From NCBI RefSeq assembly GCF_009914755.1, contig NC_060927.1: a stretch of DNA of 64,000 nucleotides, one strand, 5' to 3'. Both the position numbers and the translations under genes were made by a program. The notes under the pieces are model-generated. The model saw nothing but the letters and a program-made list of their open reading frames with translations. It was not told the DNA's origin and did not search any database. Below are positions 1-16,069 of the stretch, piece by piece (the first letter of the stretch is position 1; the number at the start of each line of letters is the position of its first letter). This DNA is from the human T2T-CHM13v2.0 reference genome, Homo sapiens.

Positions 1-345
1 TCTGACTCTTTCTTTGTATAAATATTTCAAAATGTATTGATGTAATCATTCTGGGTCCACCAGCTGGCACCTATCATCTCTCCTTCCAAAGCTATAGGTC
101 AGCTTTCAAGAAATAAAGACTACGAATAGAGTAAGACAACACTTTAAAATCAACAATGTAATCGTTTTATTTTTAGGTCTTGAGAAGGAATGGCAAAATG
201 ATCCCAGTGCAGTTCTGAAAGAGTGATGAACTGAACTGACCCTCTCTCCTTAGATCTTGTATTGTTGTTCAGGCTTGTTATCTCACAGTGTAAAAAACAT
301 AGCATAGTTCAGGCTCCCTTTTTATCTTTTAAAATATTAGCTAGG

Positions 346-1615
<1,270 letters not shown>

Positions 1616-2036
1616 AAATGAACTGCTAAAATCCCACGTCTTGAGTAAAATCCATAGCTGCAGTCTGTGATTCTGTAAATGTTCTATGAAAATTGTGTTA
1701 TAAACTTGAATTGAAAATCATAAGTAATTGAAAAATCTTTTTTAAAATAGCACAATGGATTGAATGACTATATTAAAGATTGGGTAGATTTTTTAAACAA
1801 ATTCTATAACTAGATTGTTTATGTAGCCATATTATAGCTTTTCTCTTCGCTTTTTCTGCTATAGTAAGTCTAATTGATCTGGAGAAGATAAGGCAGATGA
1901 CTGATTTATTAGCAACTTGAAAAAAATGCTTTTTCTCAAAATGCTGTAAACTTGAATCATCTGCAGTCTAATTACATGAGGTGAAAATGGAAGATCATCC
2001 AAAATTATAATGTCTGATATTTCATTTCATACTTGA

Positions 2037-2374
<338 letters not shown>

Positions 2375-3801
2375 AAAAAACAAAAATTTGTATATGCCTA
2401 TCATAGAGCATAAGTAGTAGCTCAAGCCCTGTATTACGTAATAGCTACTCCATCAAAAACACTTGAACCTTTAAAAAAAATTTTATTTTCACATTAATAC
2501 TTGTTATCCCATAATCATACTTGTGTTTCAAAGGTCATGTGACCCATTTTCAGCAACGTGCTCAGAATTTTAATGTATCTTATTTATAATTAACAATATG
2601 AGAAGGTGACAAGTGATTGATAACAGGTTATGGTTCACCATAGCCTAGAGAATGCCAGAGACTCTGTTTCTTTTGGAGGTCTTTAACTTGAAGTTCCAAT
2701 TTTTAAGTATTTTTACCTTACTATAATAACTGCAATGTAATTATCCAGAGAATTGTTCAATTAATTTCTTACTTCCTTGGAAAGATATTTACACAGAACT
2801 TGGAGATCTTTGAAAGTAAGGATTATAAAAATATATGCTGCTTCTCTTATTTTTTGAAATAACTATTTTGGAATTACCATGATCTGTGGCAAAAATTTCT
2901 GTTCTTTTACTAACAAAGGCAACATAGATTTGAAATGTATTTTTACTTTGGGAATTTTTTTTAAATCTAATGTTTAAATGTCTTCAATTGGGATTTAAAT
3001 ATTGGATTCCAGTTTTAATATGGAATTTGTAAATTAAATATGATTGACCAACATTTTACTAAAGTAATTATCTTTCTGCTAAGTACTAAAAAATTTTCTC
3101 AATATTTATATTTTTTCTGTAAATTATATAATGTAAGTATCCAAGCTACTAAATGGCCACATATGATTTAGTAAATCTGCGGATTTGCTAAACTCATATA
3201 GAGGAAACAGCCTGATAAAAGGATACACAAAATGAAAATTATATCCCGATTTAAGCTTTTTCTTAAGTGAGATATTCCATATTTTTATGATTGGGTTTTT
3301 TTATTGGAAAATGCTAAAAAACATAAAAGGAAAGGAAAGTCATCCATAGGCAACGAACTGTGGAATGTAAAGAAAGTCTGCCCCTCCTATTCTGCTGCTG
3401 CTTTTTTTTCTCCTGACCAGGTGACCATTCTGAACAGTTCATCTCAACTTTGCCCTGTGCCTAAACAAATACATCTGTATAGAGATATTTACACATGGGC
3501 TTGCTTTTCAGACCATAACAACATACTGAGGACCATGAGAAACATACTGGTCCCCAGTTAACTTTTTTCCCTGGTTATATACATTGGATAACTTTCCAAA
3601 GCAGTATAGCTATATGCCTCATTTTTTTTAGTGGCTGCATAGATTCCTAAAAGTGGAATTGCTGAGCCATAGGGTATGTACCTTTCACATCTAAACTAGT
3701 AAACAATCAATGAACAGCAGCAATAAACTTCCAAATTATATGATTTCATGCAAATTAAGATTATATTAGTCTCCTTCAAGCCACTTAAAAACTAAAAAGT
3801 C

Positions 3802-4112
<311 letters not shown>

Positions 4113-4349
4113 TTAGGATAAATTGCATGTATGCTAGTACTCTCCATCATCCCTTCACAATCATTCTGGACTCCTCTTTCCCTGCAGTGCCTCAAGAGGC
4201 TGACTTTCACAGACTGCATCACCCAGTTTCCCTTGCCCTCTGGCTTCTGGTTGCATTTGGCCAACGGGAGGGACTGTCAGGAAATTAAAAAGAAGGAGAA
4301 AGAATTGGGTATCTGTACCCCTGGAGGCCATGTTTCAGTGTGGCTGCCC

Positions 4350-4680
<331 letters not shown>

Positions 4681-6353
4681 TAGTCTCTCTCTCAAGGATA
4701 CAGCTCTCACCATGTTAAATCAACAGCTCCCTCCTTATACCTCTTCAGACCTAGGTGCTGAAATTGTTTCTTGTAGCTACTACTCCCAAATTGGTTCCTT
4801 TAACCCTGCCCACATCTCTGTATATAATGACTTCATTAAGGTTTTGAGTATGTCATCTTTTCCTGCTGGGACCAAAGCTGATAAGATTATCTTCAAAGGC
4901 ATTGTATCATTTAGGATTAATTAAGTATATCGATTCGTTCTGATAACACAACAGAAACGATGAACAGTGGCTTACCTAAGAAAGATGTATTTTTCCCTCA
5001 AGTGAAAGACACTTTAAGGTAGGTATGGTGGCTTCATATGTCAGGGACCCAGGCTCTTGTTTCACAGTTCTCAGTAAGTGGCTTCCACCATATGGTTCTA
5101 GATAGCTGCTGAAGCTCTAGCCATGAAGAATGCACTGCCTCCCTTTAAGGAGATTCTGAAATTAAAAGAGTATATATATATTAAAATTTATACCTCATTG
5201 GCTACAACTGAGTCAACTGACTGCTCTCCTGTTGCAAGAGATATTTGGAAAGGTAGTATTTCAGTTCATCCATAGCAGAAAATACCTTGATAATTATGAA
5301 GCTTTAGAAAATATTTAAATCCTGAAAAAGAACCTGGCCACATAGCACATCTACCAATCCAAATTTCCATTAACTCATGGAATACTGCTAGATGGCATAA
5401 TTCCTTTCCTACCTCTCCTAAGGCTAGTAGACAAGCACTCTTTTCACAAAGTTATATTGTAATAGCAAGAATAGCTTTATGTAGAAACATTTCAAACATG
5501 AAGTGAATGAGTACATACAGTCCCTGAGAATTCCTAATTATCATTGCTCCTCAGCTCTCTATTCCAAGCCAATGCTAGTCAGTTAAGAGTACCTCTCTGA
5601 AACTGAATGTATCCCTTTTAGAGGGATCTGGCATGAATGTTTCAGCTTGACTTTATGTCATAATGGTATGATCTCTTAAGGAGTGGGCTCAAGGGAAAGG
5701 AGACACCAAATCATCAATTTAATTCTGGTGCCTAATCACCTCCTTGCCAATTTAATTAGTTTCTGTGTCTTTACTCAACTAAACATTTCCTTCTTTAAAG
5801 AAAAAAAAAAAGCCTTTCATTCATCTTATATTCTAAGCACATGGAAATGGCTAATTCTACTCTAATTCTATATTTACCAACCATTCTTTGATCCATGATT
5901 TCAGTCTCCATCAGCAGACGCTTCCTATCAACAAATCTTTTAATTTACAAAGGATCGGATACCAGGTGCATGAACTCCTATGAGTGAAGCAATAAATATG
6001 AATTTTTTCAGCCTGCACTTGGTCCTGAAGAGCCAAGAGAAATGGTCTATGGGAAACAAAAGGTATAGTCTGGCTCCCTCTGTCCTCCGGAGAAAAGGTT
6101 GAAAAGGGTCTGCCGATGCTTCTATTCTTCTCTGGCCAACTTATCAAGGCAGAAGACCAGCTAGAAATTAGTGGCAGAAGCTCCAGCTGGTAATAGAGGT
6201 GCATTTGCCTGGAGCTTCTCCTTGCTTCTTATTTTCCTGGGAATCAAATAGGTCATCAGGAAGCAGCTGGACAGAAAGTGGATCCAAAAAAAAGGGAACT
6301 AGATAAGAACCCTGCACCAAGAAGTGACAATATATAATAGAGTTGATACTCTC

Positions 6354-8876
6354 TGTAATGGTGTTATAAAACATGTCTGCAAACTTTTTGATGCTTCTCC
6401 CATTGAGAGGTGAAGATCTACGTCCCTTACATGACTCTGTGTCAATCTTAGTAACTTGGTCATAGCCAACAGAATACATCCGAAGGGACACAGCATAATT
6501 TCCAAAGCTAGTTCAGTAAAGGTTTGTGCCTAATTTTCTTGGGATGCTGACATGGTTTGGCTGTGTGAAAACAGAGGCATATAGTAAATTGGTACCAGTA
6601 GAGTGGGGCAGTGCTGTAAAGATACCCGAAAATGTGGAAGTGACTTTGGAACTGGGTAACAGGCAGAGGTTGGAACAGTTCGGAGGGCTCAGAAGACAGG
6701 AAGATATGGGAAAGTTTGGAACTTCCTGAGACTTGTTGAATGCTTTTGACCAAAATGCTGATAATGATATGGACAATGAAATCCAGGCTGAGGTGGTCTC
6801 AGATGGAGATGAGGAACTTGTTAGGAACTGAAGTAAAGGTGACTCCTGTTATGTTTTACCAAAGAGACTGGCGGCATTTTGCCCCTGCCCTAGAGATTTG
6901 TGGAACTTTGAACTTGAGGGAGATGATTTAGGGCATCTGGCAGAAGAAATTTCTAACAGCAAAGCATTCAAGATGTGATTTGGGTGCTGTTAAAAGCATT
7001 CAGTTTTAAAAGGGGAACAGCAAAAAAAATTCAGAAAATGTGCAGCCTGATAATGTGATAGAAAAGAAAACCCCGTTTTCTGAGGGGAAATTCAAGCCAG
7101 CTGCAGAAATCTGCATAAGTAACAAGAAGCCAAATGTTAATCACCAAGACAATGGGGGAGATGTCTCCAGGGCATGTCAGAGACCTTTGCAGCAGCCCCT
7201 CCCATTACAGGCCCAGAGGCCTAGGAGGAAAAAAATGCTTTCGTGGGTGGGGCCCAGGGCCCCCCCTGCTCTGTGCAGCCTAGGGACTTGATACCCTGCA
7301 TCAAGCCACTCCAGTTGTAGCTAAAACGGGCCAAGGTACAGTTCGACCTGTGGCTTCAGTGGGTGCAAGCCCCAAGCCTTGGCAGCTTCCATGTGGTGTT
7401 GGACCTGTGGGTGCACAGAAGTCAAGAATTAAGGTTTGGGAACCTCCACCTAGATTTCAGAAAATGTATAGAAATGCCTGGATGCCCAGGCAAAAGTTTG
7501 CTGCAGGAGTGGGGCCCTCATGGAGAACCACTGCTAGGGCAATGCAGAAGGGAAATGTGGGGTGTGAGCCCCCACACAGAGTCCCCATTGGGGCACTGCC
7601 TAGTGGAGCTTTGAGAAGAGGGCCACCATCCTCCATTCCCCAGAATGGTAGATCCAATGACAGCTTGCACTGTGCACCTGGAAAAGCAAACACTCAGCCC
7701 ATGAAAGCAGCCAGGAGGGAGCTGTATCCTGCAAAGTCACAGGGGTGAAGCTGCCCCAGGCCATGGAAACCCATCTCTGGCATCAGTGTAACCTAGATGC
7801 AAGACATGGAGTCAAAGGAGATTATTTTGGAGCTTTAAGATTGGACTGCCCTGCTAGATTTTGGACGTGCATGGGACCTTTAGCCCCTTTGTTTTGGCCA
7901 ATTTCTCCCATTTGGAATGGCTGTATTTACCCAATGCCTGTACCCCATTGTATCTAGGAAGTAACTAACTTGTTTTTTACTTTACAGGCTCATAGGTGGA
8001 AGGGACTTCCCTTGTCTCAGATGAGACTTTGGACTGTGGACTTTGGAGTTAATGCTAGACTGTGGACTTTTGAGTTAATGCTGAAATGAGTTAAGACTTT
8101 GGGAGACTGTTGGGAAGGCATGATTGGGTTTGAAATGTAAGGACATGAGATTTGGGAGGGTCAGAGCAGAATGATATGGTTTGGCTGTGTCCCCACCCAA
8201 ATCTCATCTTCAATTGTAGCTCCCACAATTCCCATATGTCATGGAAGGGACCCAGTGGGAGTAATTGAATCATGAGGGCGGGTCTTTCCTGTGCTGTTCT
8301 TGTGAAAGTGAATAAGTCTCACAAGATCTGATGGTTTTAAAAAGGGGAGTTTCCCTGCGCACGCTCTCTGTCTTCCCTGCTACCACGTAAGTTGTGAGTT
8401 GTTCCTTCTTGCCTTCTGTCATGATTGTGAGACCTCCCCAGCCATGGAGAGAACTGTGAGTCAATTAACTCTCTTTTATTATAAATTACCCAGTCTTGGG
8501 TATGTTTTTACCAGCAGTGTGAAAATGGACTAATATAGATGCTCACTCCTGGAGCCCTGAGCTTTCATGTAAGATCACCAACTACTCTGACGCTGCTACA
8601 TTCTGAGAAAACCCATGCACTATAGACAGTGTGGATTTTAGTGTTCTAGCTAACAGTCCCAACTGAATTTCCAACCAATAACCAGAATCAACCACCAGAC
8701 ATGTGAGTGAAAACCCCTCTAGCCATAGAGTCTTCCCAGCTGAGGCTCTAGAGATAAGCCGTCTTCATTTCCCTGGCTAGATTTCTAACCCATAGAATCT
8801 GTGAGCATAATAAAATGGCTCTTTTATACCACAAAGTTGTGGGGGTAGTTTGTTACACACAACAGTAACAAAAACA
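6354..8876 (+). mobile_element. MLT1-family MaLR LTR interrupted by a THE1 element (6354-6547 and 8543-8876)
   Basis: MLT1-like 5' part (CTCCCATTGAGAGGTG...) and 3' part (AGAATCTGTGAGCATAATAAAATGG...GTTTGTTACACAC) flank the THE1 insertion. Confidence 0.6.
6548..8537 (+). mobile_element. THE1 (MaLR) provirus: collapsed 5' LTR (~6548-6582), internal region, full 3' LTR (8172-8537)
   Basis: THE1 LTR termini TGATATGGTTTGGCTGTG and GTGTGAAAATGGACTAATA; THE1-int start AAATTGGTACCAGTAGAGTGGGG; 5-bp TSD GATGC at 6543-6547 and 8538-8542. Confidence 0.88.
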
Positions 8877-8952
8877 CCAACTCTGTTGAGTCCTTGAAAA
8901 TCTGGTTGAACCACATACTGATAAATACTGATGTTCATATAAATGCTATGTA

Positions 8953-9054
8953 CATGCTATGTAGCCTCTCTACGAATGGTAGTGATCACCCAGCTTCTTA
9001 AAGCTTCTTAAAGCTGGGTGATCACTACCATTAGTAGAGAGGCTACATAGCATG
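8953..9054. repeat. Near-perfect inverted repeat (44-bp arms, 1 mismatch, 14-nt spacer)
   Basis: 8953-8996 is the reverse complement of 9011-9054 except G8974/A9033. Confidence 0.95.
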
Positions 9055-9210
9055 ATGCTATGAACATGAGGTATAGAGCTAAATTTTGGCAAGCTACCTC
9101 CTGAACTTCCATGTCATGATCTAGTAAACAGGAATAGCAATTTCTGTCATGCAGAGTTCTCATGTGGATTAGAGTTGATGTGCATAAAACACTTAGCACA
9201 ATGCCTAGCA
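9040..9210 (+). mobile_element. MIR SINE remnant
   Basis: MIR 3' core TGTGCATAAAACACTTAGCACAATGCCTAGCA. Confidence 0.6.
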
Positions 9211-10104
9211 AAGAAGCAGAACCAATTTTTTAAATAGTTAAAAATGACAATACTATAATTTTCTGATTTTATGTTCCCTTTATTTTATGAAGCTTTATTT
9301 TGTGAGTGATTTCCTTATTTTATGAATCATAGTCACTATATATTGCTATGGATGGACATACCTATAAAAGTGTTCGGGTTCAATGACAAATATAATTAGA
9401 AAATGAGAGTGCCATGAAAAACAAATACAGGGTTATTCATGCCTTTAGCTGGAAATTGGCATGTCCTACCAAGCTGACTGCCATGAGTAATATTGAATGA
9501 GCTGTGATCATCAGAATGACTGAAAATTAATAAAGAACATTAATTCCCAAAGGAAATCATTGTAGATCTCATTATTTCAGGAATAACCTACCTTAGGACT
9601 TTAATTAAAAATAATATTTATTCAAAATAAATGACTGCTGACAGGTTTCTGCAGAATCTTTAATCTTGGTTATGCTAAATTTTCTTATATTAAGGCAAAC
9701 ATCATTAATCTCATTTGAGATGCCCTCCTGTCTGACAGTCCTTACAGCACTGGGGCAATTTGCAGAAGCCTTTTTATCTTCACAGAAGAGTTATAACTCA
9801 TGCAGATACCTAATGTGAAAAGGTCTGGGCAATTACAGCCTTCACTTTGAGATCTACACTGGCACTTTATCATGTTAGCAAGCATCTCATAGTAAATTTG
9901 CTCTCAAAAGGAGGCCAATATCTCAACATTACCATAAAATTAACAGCGGTTATTTAATTATTTTATTTATTTATTCCTACCAATCTTTGTTTCAGAAAAG
10001 CTCCAGGTATTTTATCGAAATTCATAGAATATCACCAGATAAAACAGAAATTTCAGCAAGCCAATGGAGAAAATGGGACAAAAGAAAGAATGAAAGTAGA
10101 ATAG

Positions 10105-11028
10105 TGATAGGGTTTGGCTGTGTCCCCACCCAAATCTCACCTCCAGTTGTAATCCGAGTTGTAATCCTCACATGTCGAGGGAGGGACCTGATGGAAGGTG
10201 ATTGGATCGTGGGGGGAGATTCCCCCATGCTGTTCTCATGAGTGAGTTCTCACAAGATCTGGTTGTTTGATAAGTGTCTGGTGCTTCCCCCTTCTCTCTC
10301 TCTCTCACCCACCACCATGTAAGACATACCCTGCTTCCCCTTGGCCTTCCACCATGATTGTAAGTTTCCTGAGACCTCAGGTAGTATCTTTATAGCAGTG
10401 TGAAAACAGACTAATACAGAACATTGGTACCGAGGTAGTGGGGCATTCTTATGAGATATCCAAGAATGTGGAAACAACTTTGGAACTGGTAACTGGCAGA
10501 GGTTGGAGCAGTTTAGAGGGCTCAGAAGAAGACAGGAAGATGAGGGAAAGTTTGGAGCTTCCTAGAGACTTGTTGAATGGCTTTGACCAAAATGCTGATT
10601 GTGATATGGACAATGAAGTCTAGGCTGAAGTGGTCTCAGATGGACATGAGGAACTTATTGGGAACTGGAGTAAAAGTCATTCTTGCTATGCTTTAGCAAA
10701 GAAAGTGGTGGCATTTTGCCCCTGCCCTAAAGATCTGTGGAACTGATGACTGGATCATGAGGGTGGTTTCCCCCATGCTGTTCTCGTGATAATGAGTGAG
10801 TTCTCTCAAGATCTGGTTGTTTGATAAGTCTCTGGCACTTTCCCCTCCTCTCTCTCTCGCCTGCCACCATGTAATACATGCCTCGCTTCCCCTTTGCCTT
10901 CCACCATGATTATAAGTTTCCCGAGATCTCCCCAGTCATGCAGAACTGAGTCAATTAAGCCTCTTTCCTTTCTAAATTACCCAGTCTCAGGTAGGATCTT
11001 TATAGCAGTGTGAAAACAGACTAATACA
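10105..11028 (+). mobile_element. THE1/MST-family MaLR provirus with large internal deletion
   Basis: 5' LTR 10105-10418, int fragment ~10419-10745, partial 3' LTR ending GACTAATACA; 5-bp TSD AATAG at 10100-10104 and 11029-11033. Confidence 0.85.
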
Positions 11029-11220
11029 AATAGGTAAGAAGTTAGAAGGAATGAGGTTAATCTCCACAATGCATACTGTAAAATTTTGTAAAGTCATATG
11101 CTTTCAAGTTTGCCAGCTGATTGTTGGGTCATATTTCAAGTCTTACATAACAATTAACACTGATAATTTTGTTCTGTAGCTATTCTGATTATTTTTGTAC
11201 AAGTTACTAATAGATACTCA

Positions 11221-11657
11221 TACTGGGTTAAATAGTACCCTCCCTTAAAATGCACATCCACATGAAAAATGTGAATGTGACCTTATTTGGGAATAATGTC
11301 TTTGCAGATATAATCAACTTAAGATGAGGTCATAGTGTATCAGAGTGGGTCCTAAATCCAGTGACTGGTGTCTTTATAAGGAGAAGGAGAACTGGACTCA
11401 GAGACACACAGGGGAGAAGGCCACGTAATGACTGAGGAAGAGATTGGAGTAATACAAGGCAAGCCAAGTATCAGCAACCATGAGAAGCTAGGAAGAGGCA
11501 AGGAAGGATTCCTCCCTAGAGCTTCCAGAGGAAGCATAGCCCTGCAACAGCTTGATTTCAGACTTTTAACCTTCAGAACTGTGAAAGAATAAATTTGTGT
11601 TGTTTTAAGCCACCAGGTTGTGGTACTCTATTAAGGCAGCCCTAAGAGACTAATAAA
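11221..11657 (+). mobile_element. MLT1 (B/C-like) MaLR solo LTR
   Basis: GAATGTGACCTTATTTGG...AGGAAGGATTCCTCCCTAGAGC...AGAACTGTGAAAGAATAAAT. Confidence 0.8.
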
Positions 11658-12857
11658 ATGCTTAAACATTTTTTTTCCTGAGAACCTAGAGTACATATTC
11701 AATATAAATATAAAGGTTTGAAGAGGAGAAAATAAGGTAAAAGAAAGACTCTCCTAAAAATATTACCAAGTTTTTTGTTTAACACCTATGACTCTACAAT
11801 AGGTGACAAAACAAGTGACAAGTAAACAAATGACTAATATTATGAGAAAAAGTTTTGGAAGCAGTCAGTCACCTTTAGTTTAATAGATTGTTTTTATATG
11901 GAAATATGGGCTTTTGATATTTTATTATATACATTATTAGAGTCTAATTTTGCAAAGCTATACAGGGAGGGATGTCTTCATAAATAAGAAATTGAAAGGC
12001 AGGCACTTTAAAGCAGAGACCAAAATGATGTCAATCTATTTTAAGACTGACTAAAGAGAATTAAAACAGTAATATAATACACAGAACCTGATAAAGCTGT
12101 GCTAACCTTTTGTGGTCCAAATGAAAAAATTAATCTGTAATCTAAATATCCTGCAGAAATAAAACAACTGTCTCATGGCCCTGGAATTTTAAAATATGAC
12201 CCTTCACTGATATGGTTGGTAACTGGTGTCCACTCACAAAGGCCTACTGCTAGGAGTCAGGGCACTTTGCTTCTCAGCTCTCACAACACAAGACCTGCCA
12301 TCAACATAGTTTTGAGTTACACTCAAAAGGCAGTATGTGAATGTTACCAGGATCATGTGTCTCTTTCATGCCATGAAAACTCACTCTAACTAGATCATAG
12401 GCTTGCAGCCTATGGGCCAGGTTCACCGAAAGATTTGTTTGGCCTGCTATTTTCTTTTTAATTAGTTGTTAACTTTAAAAAATTAGATTTCATATACAAT
12501 TCCATATTACCAGTGGGCATGAATTTCTTCAGGGCAATCATCTAGAGCTGAGTAGCAGTATTCCTTCTGCTGGAGGCAAGCCGCCTGCAGTGCCCGACTG
12601 TGCCCACCATGCCAGGTTCCTGTGAATATACAGCACAGTGATAAGAGCTAGGGTCCTCTGGCTGTGTGACCTTGAGCAAGCAGTTTTTCTTCTCTGACCT
12701 GTATCATCCTCTTATACACAATGGGCATACTTATAGTGTTTATCTCATTAGATCACCTGGGGGATTAAGGGAGTTAAAATTTGTAAAGCACTTAGAGCAG
12801 TGCTTGGCACACAGTAGAAACTCAACAAATGTTAGTTATTATTATTATTATTATTAA

Positions 12858-13217
<360 letters not shown>

Positions 13218-13569
13218 ATTATTATTATTATTAATTCTTATTCTCCTTATCATCTTACCTAGTTCACTTGCCTCACATTTTTACTTGTCTGATCCCTATT
13301 GGTGTTCGTGTTTTTGACTCCAACTCTAGGTAAAGCCCTACCCTCAACTGGAGGTAAAGAAGACAGCTAGTCTCCTGTGTGTTAGGCAGTGAGTGGGGCC
13401 AGCTGAGGTTATACTCAGTGATTAAGAGCCCAGATTCTACAGTCAGACAGCGTGAGTTCCAATCCCAGTTCTTCCACTTTCCAGCAATACTGCCTTTTGC
13501 AAATTAGTTAATTCTCTAAAACCTGTGTTCGCTTATGTAAAATAGTAATAAAACTGTTGTGAATTGCAG

Positions 13570-13835
13570 GAACAGGAAAACAGACAACACATGTTCTCAC
13601 TTATAAGTGGGAGCTGAACGATAAGAACACATGGACACGTTGGGGGCAACAACACACACTGGGAGGAGGGGAGGGAGAGCATCAGGAAGAATAGCTAGTG
13701 GATGCTGGGCTTAATACCTAGGTGGTGGGTTGATTTGTGCAGCAGACCACCATGGCACACGTTTACCTATTTAACAAACCTGCACATCCTGCACATGTAC
13801 CCTGGAACTTAAAGTAGGAGTTGAAGAAAAAAAAA
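13570..13835 (+). mobile_element. L1PA-type 3' end fragment
   Basis: CATGTTCTCACTTATAAGTGGGAGCTGAA...AACAAACCTGCACATCCTGCACATGTACCC plus A tail. Confidence 0.85.
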
Positions 13836-14699
13836 ACATGTGAATTAATGTGCCTAGTACATAGGTTTTAGCTTTTATTATTAACAACCTACAGCAGACC
13901 CCAACATTCTCCACCCCGCCCCGCCCCCACCCCGACCCCGCCCGACAACCTCTGGCCTTGGCTGTCTTATTTCTCCCAACAGGCTGCCAGTGCCATTCAG
14001 CAGTGTGAGCCTTCCTGGAGGCTGTTTCCCAGGGGAATTTCTAGGTCTTTGGGAGATATGAATTGGGAGGAAATCAGGTATAGGTTGGAGCCACTCATTC
14101 TCAATTCCCTAGCTCCCCTTTACCTTGTTACCCCAGAATATATATCACAAATGGCATTAAAACTTACATGGCCTTATAATGACTATTGTGTCCTTTCTAG
14201 CTTCTTGAAATTAAAAACAATTCTTCTGTGATTATTCCTACCATTTCAAATAGTAAAGACATCTAAGCATATGACAAAGAGATGAAGGTATTCCAGGTCC
14301 TTAATGTTTTCCAAAATAATTTACTTGTCCTCTGGACAGACTTCAATTGATTGCCTTGGCAGTGGGGCCTCCAAACTACAGTGTGAACTCTCTTCAAATC
14401 TTATCAAGGATTTAAAAATAACACTCTAGATAGCCACATTAAAGTGTTCCTGAGAACAGATGACCTCAACAGTATTTTCTGAAGAGTGCTTTCTACTATT
14501 CAACTTGTTTTAGGCTCTGTAATTCTAAGATTTTTTATTTTTTAAAAGAAGTGTTTCTAAGACAGTAGCAACTATCAAGGTGTTGACTCAATAGAAAAAT
14601 CTTTCTTATAAAATTATTGTCTGTAGAAAAAAAGTTTCAGAATTTCAATGACAATAAAGATTCAAGAATAGCTGAATGTAAGTTGATTTTTAAAACTTA

Positions 14700-15110
14700 A
14701 TCAGGAAAAACACAAGCATGATCATAGTGCCTTATTTTTTAAGCCAAAAAAAAGAACAATCAAAAAATCCATCAACAGTAGATGGGTAAATTACTTGTGG
14801 CAAATTCATATGCTAGAATACAACAAAGAAAAAGAATAAACTGCTGCTACATGCAATGACAGCAATGACAAGGATGAATTTTGCAGACATAATGTTAAGT
14901 GAAAGAAACAAATCTCAGAATAGTGGTTACCCTAGAGGGACATGGATGGGAAAGGGACACAAGGGAATTTTCTTGAGTATTGGAAATGCTTTATATCTTC
15001 AACTGGGTGTTGTTTACATAGGTTTGCACATATGTAAAAAGCTATTGAGCTATACATTGAAGTTTAGTAGACTTTACCATGTTTAAGTTATACCTCAATT
15101 TAAAACGTAA
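14700..15110 (+). mobile_element. Old L1M (L1ME-like) 3' fragment
   Basis: CCATCAACAGTAGATGGGTAAA...GGATGAAT...ATGTTAAGTGAAAGAA...GTTATACCTCAAT. Confidence 0.6.
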
Positions 15111-15650
15111 ATTGTAAAGACTAAGCAAGCTTTGGATGTGGACTTTCATTCATCAACTGCACATGAATCCATTACGGGCTGTGTGGAAAGTTGGAGTTTT
15201 GTCACCAAAAAAAATTGGTATATTTGTATTTGACATTGCCATTCAAATTATTTGTCTTTAGAGTAAGAGCCTTTATTTTATTCATTGAATGATAGTTTCA
15301 GTGTTGTTTGTTTTGTTTTTCAGGAAAATTGAAAAACTTCTTTATGTACTTAAACCAAACAACCTAAGTTTGGATACTCCCAGAAGCTTTACATTTATGT
15401 AATTCCACACCATCAAGTCCTTTTTCGTTATCATGAGAGTTGGCTATGGGTGCAGTGAGAAGGGAACGGCCTTCAAAACGGTCAGGTCTGGATCAGAATT
15501 CACATTAAACCACTCACCAGCTAGAAGACCATTTATAGTTGAACCTTGCAAGCTAAAAATCATTTCCCCTACCTGAACCTCTGTGTTCGCACACACAAAA
15601 TGTAAATAATGCCTCCCTCATAGCATTATTGAGAGAATTAGTTGGGATAA

Positions 15651-15999
<349 letters not shown>

Positions 16000-16069
16000 C
16001 AGTAGATACTTTTTAAACAGGAACTATTACTGAATAGAAATTAGCACTTATCTAAATCATTATTTTATT

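Noticed and set aside
5911-6340. Exon-like, mixed-composition stretch with 97-107-aa minus-strand ORFs (possible pseudogene or lncRNA exon)
   Set aside because: No recognisable protein homology or splice pattern; more likely an old repeat, and cannot be supported without a search
6526-7957. Cluster of + strand ORFs up to 132 aa
   Set aside because: Fragments of the decayed THE1 internal region, broken by stops and frameshifts
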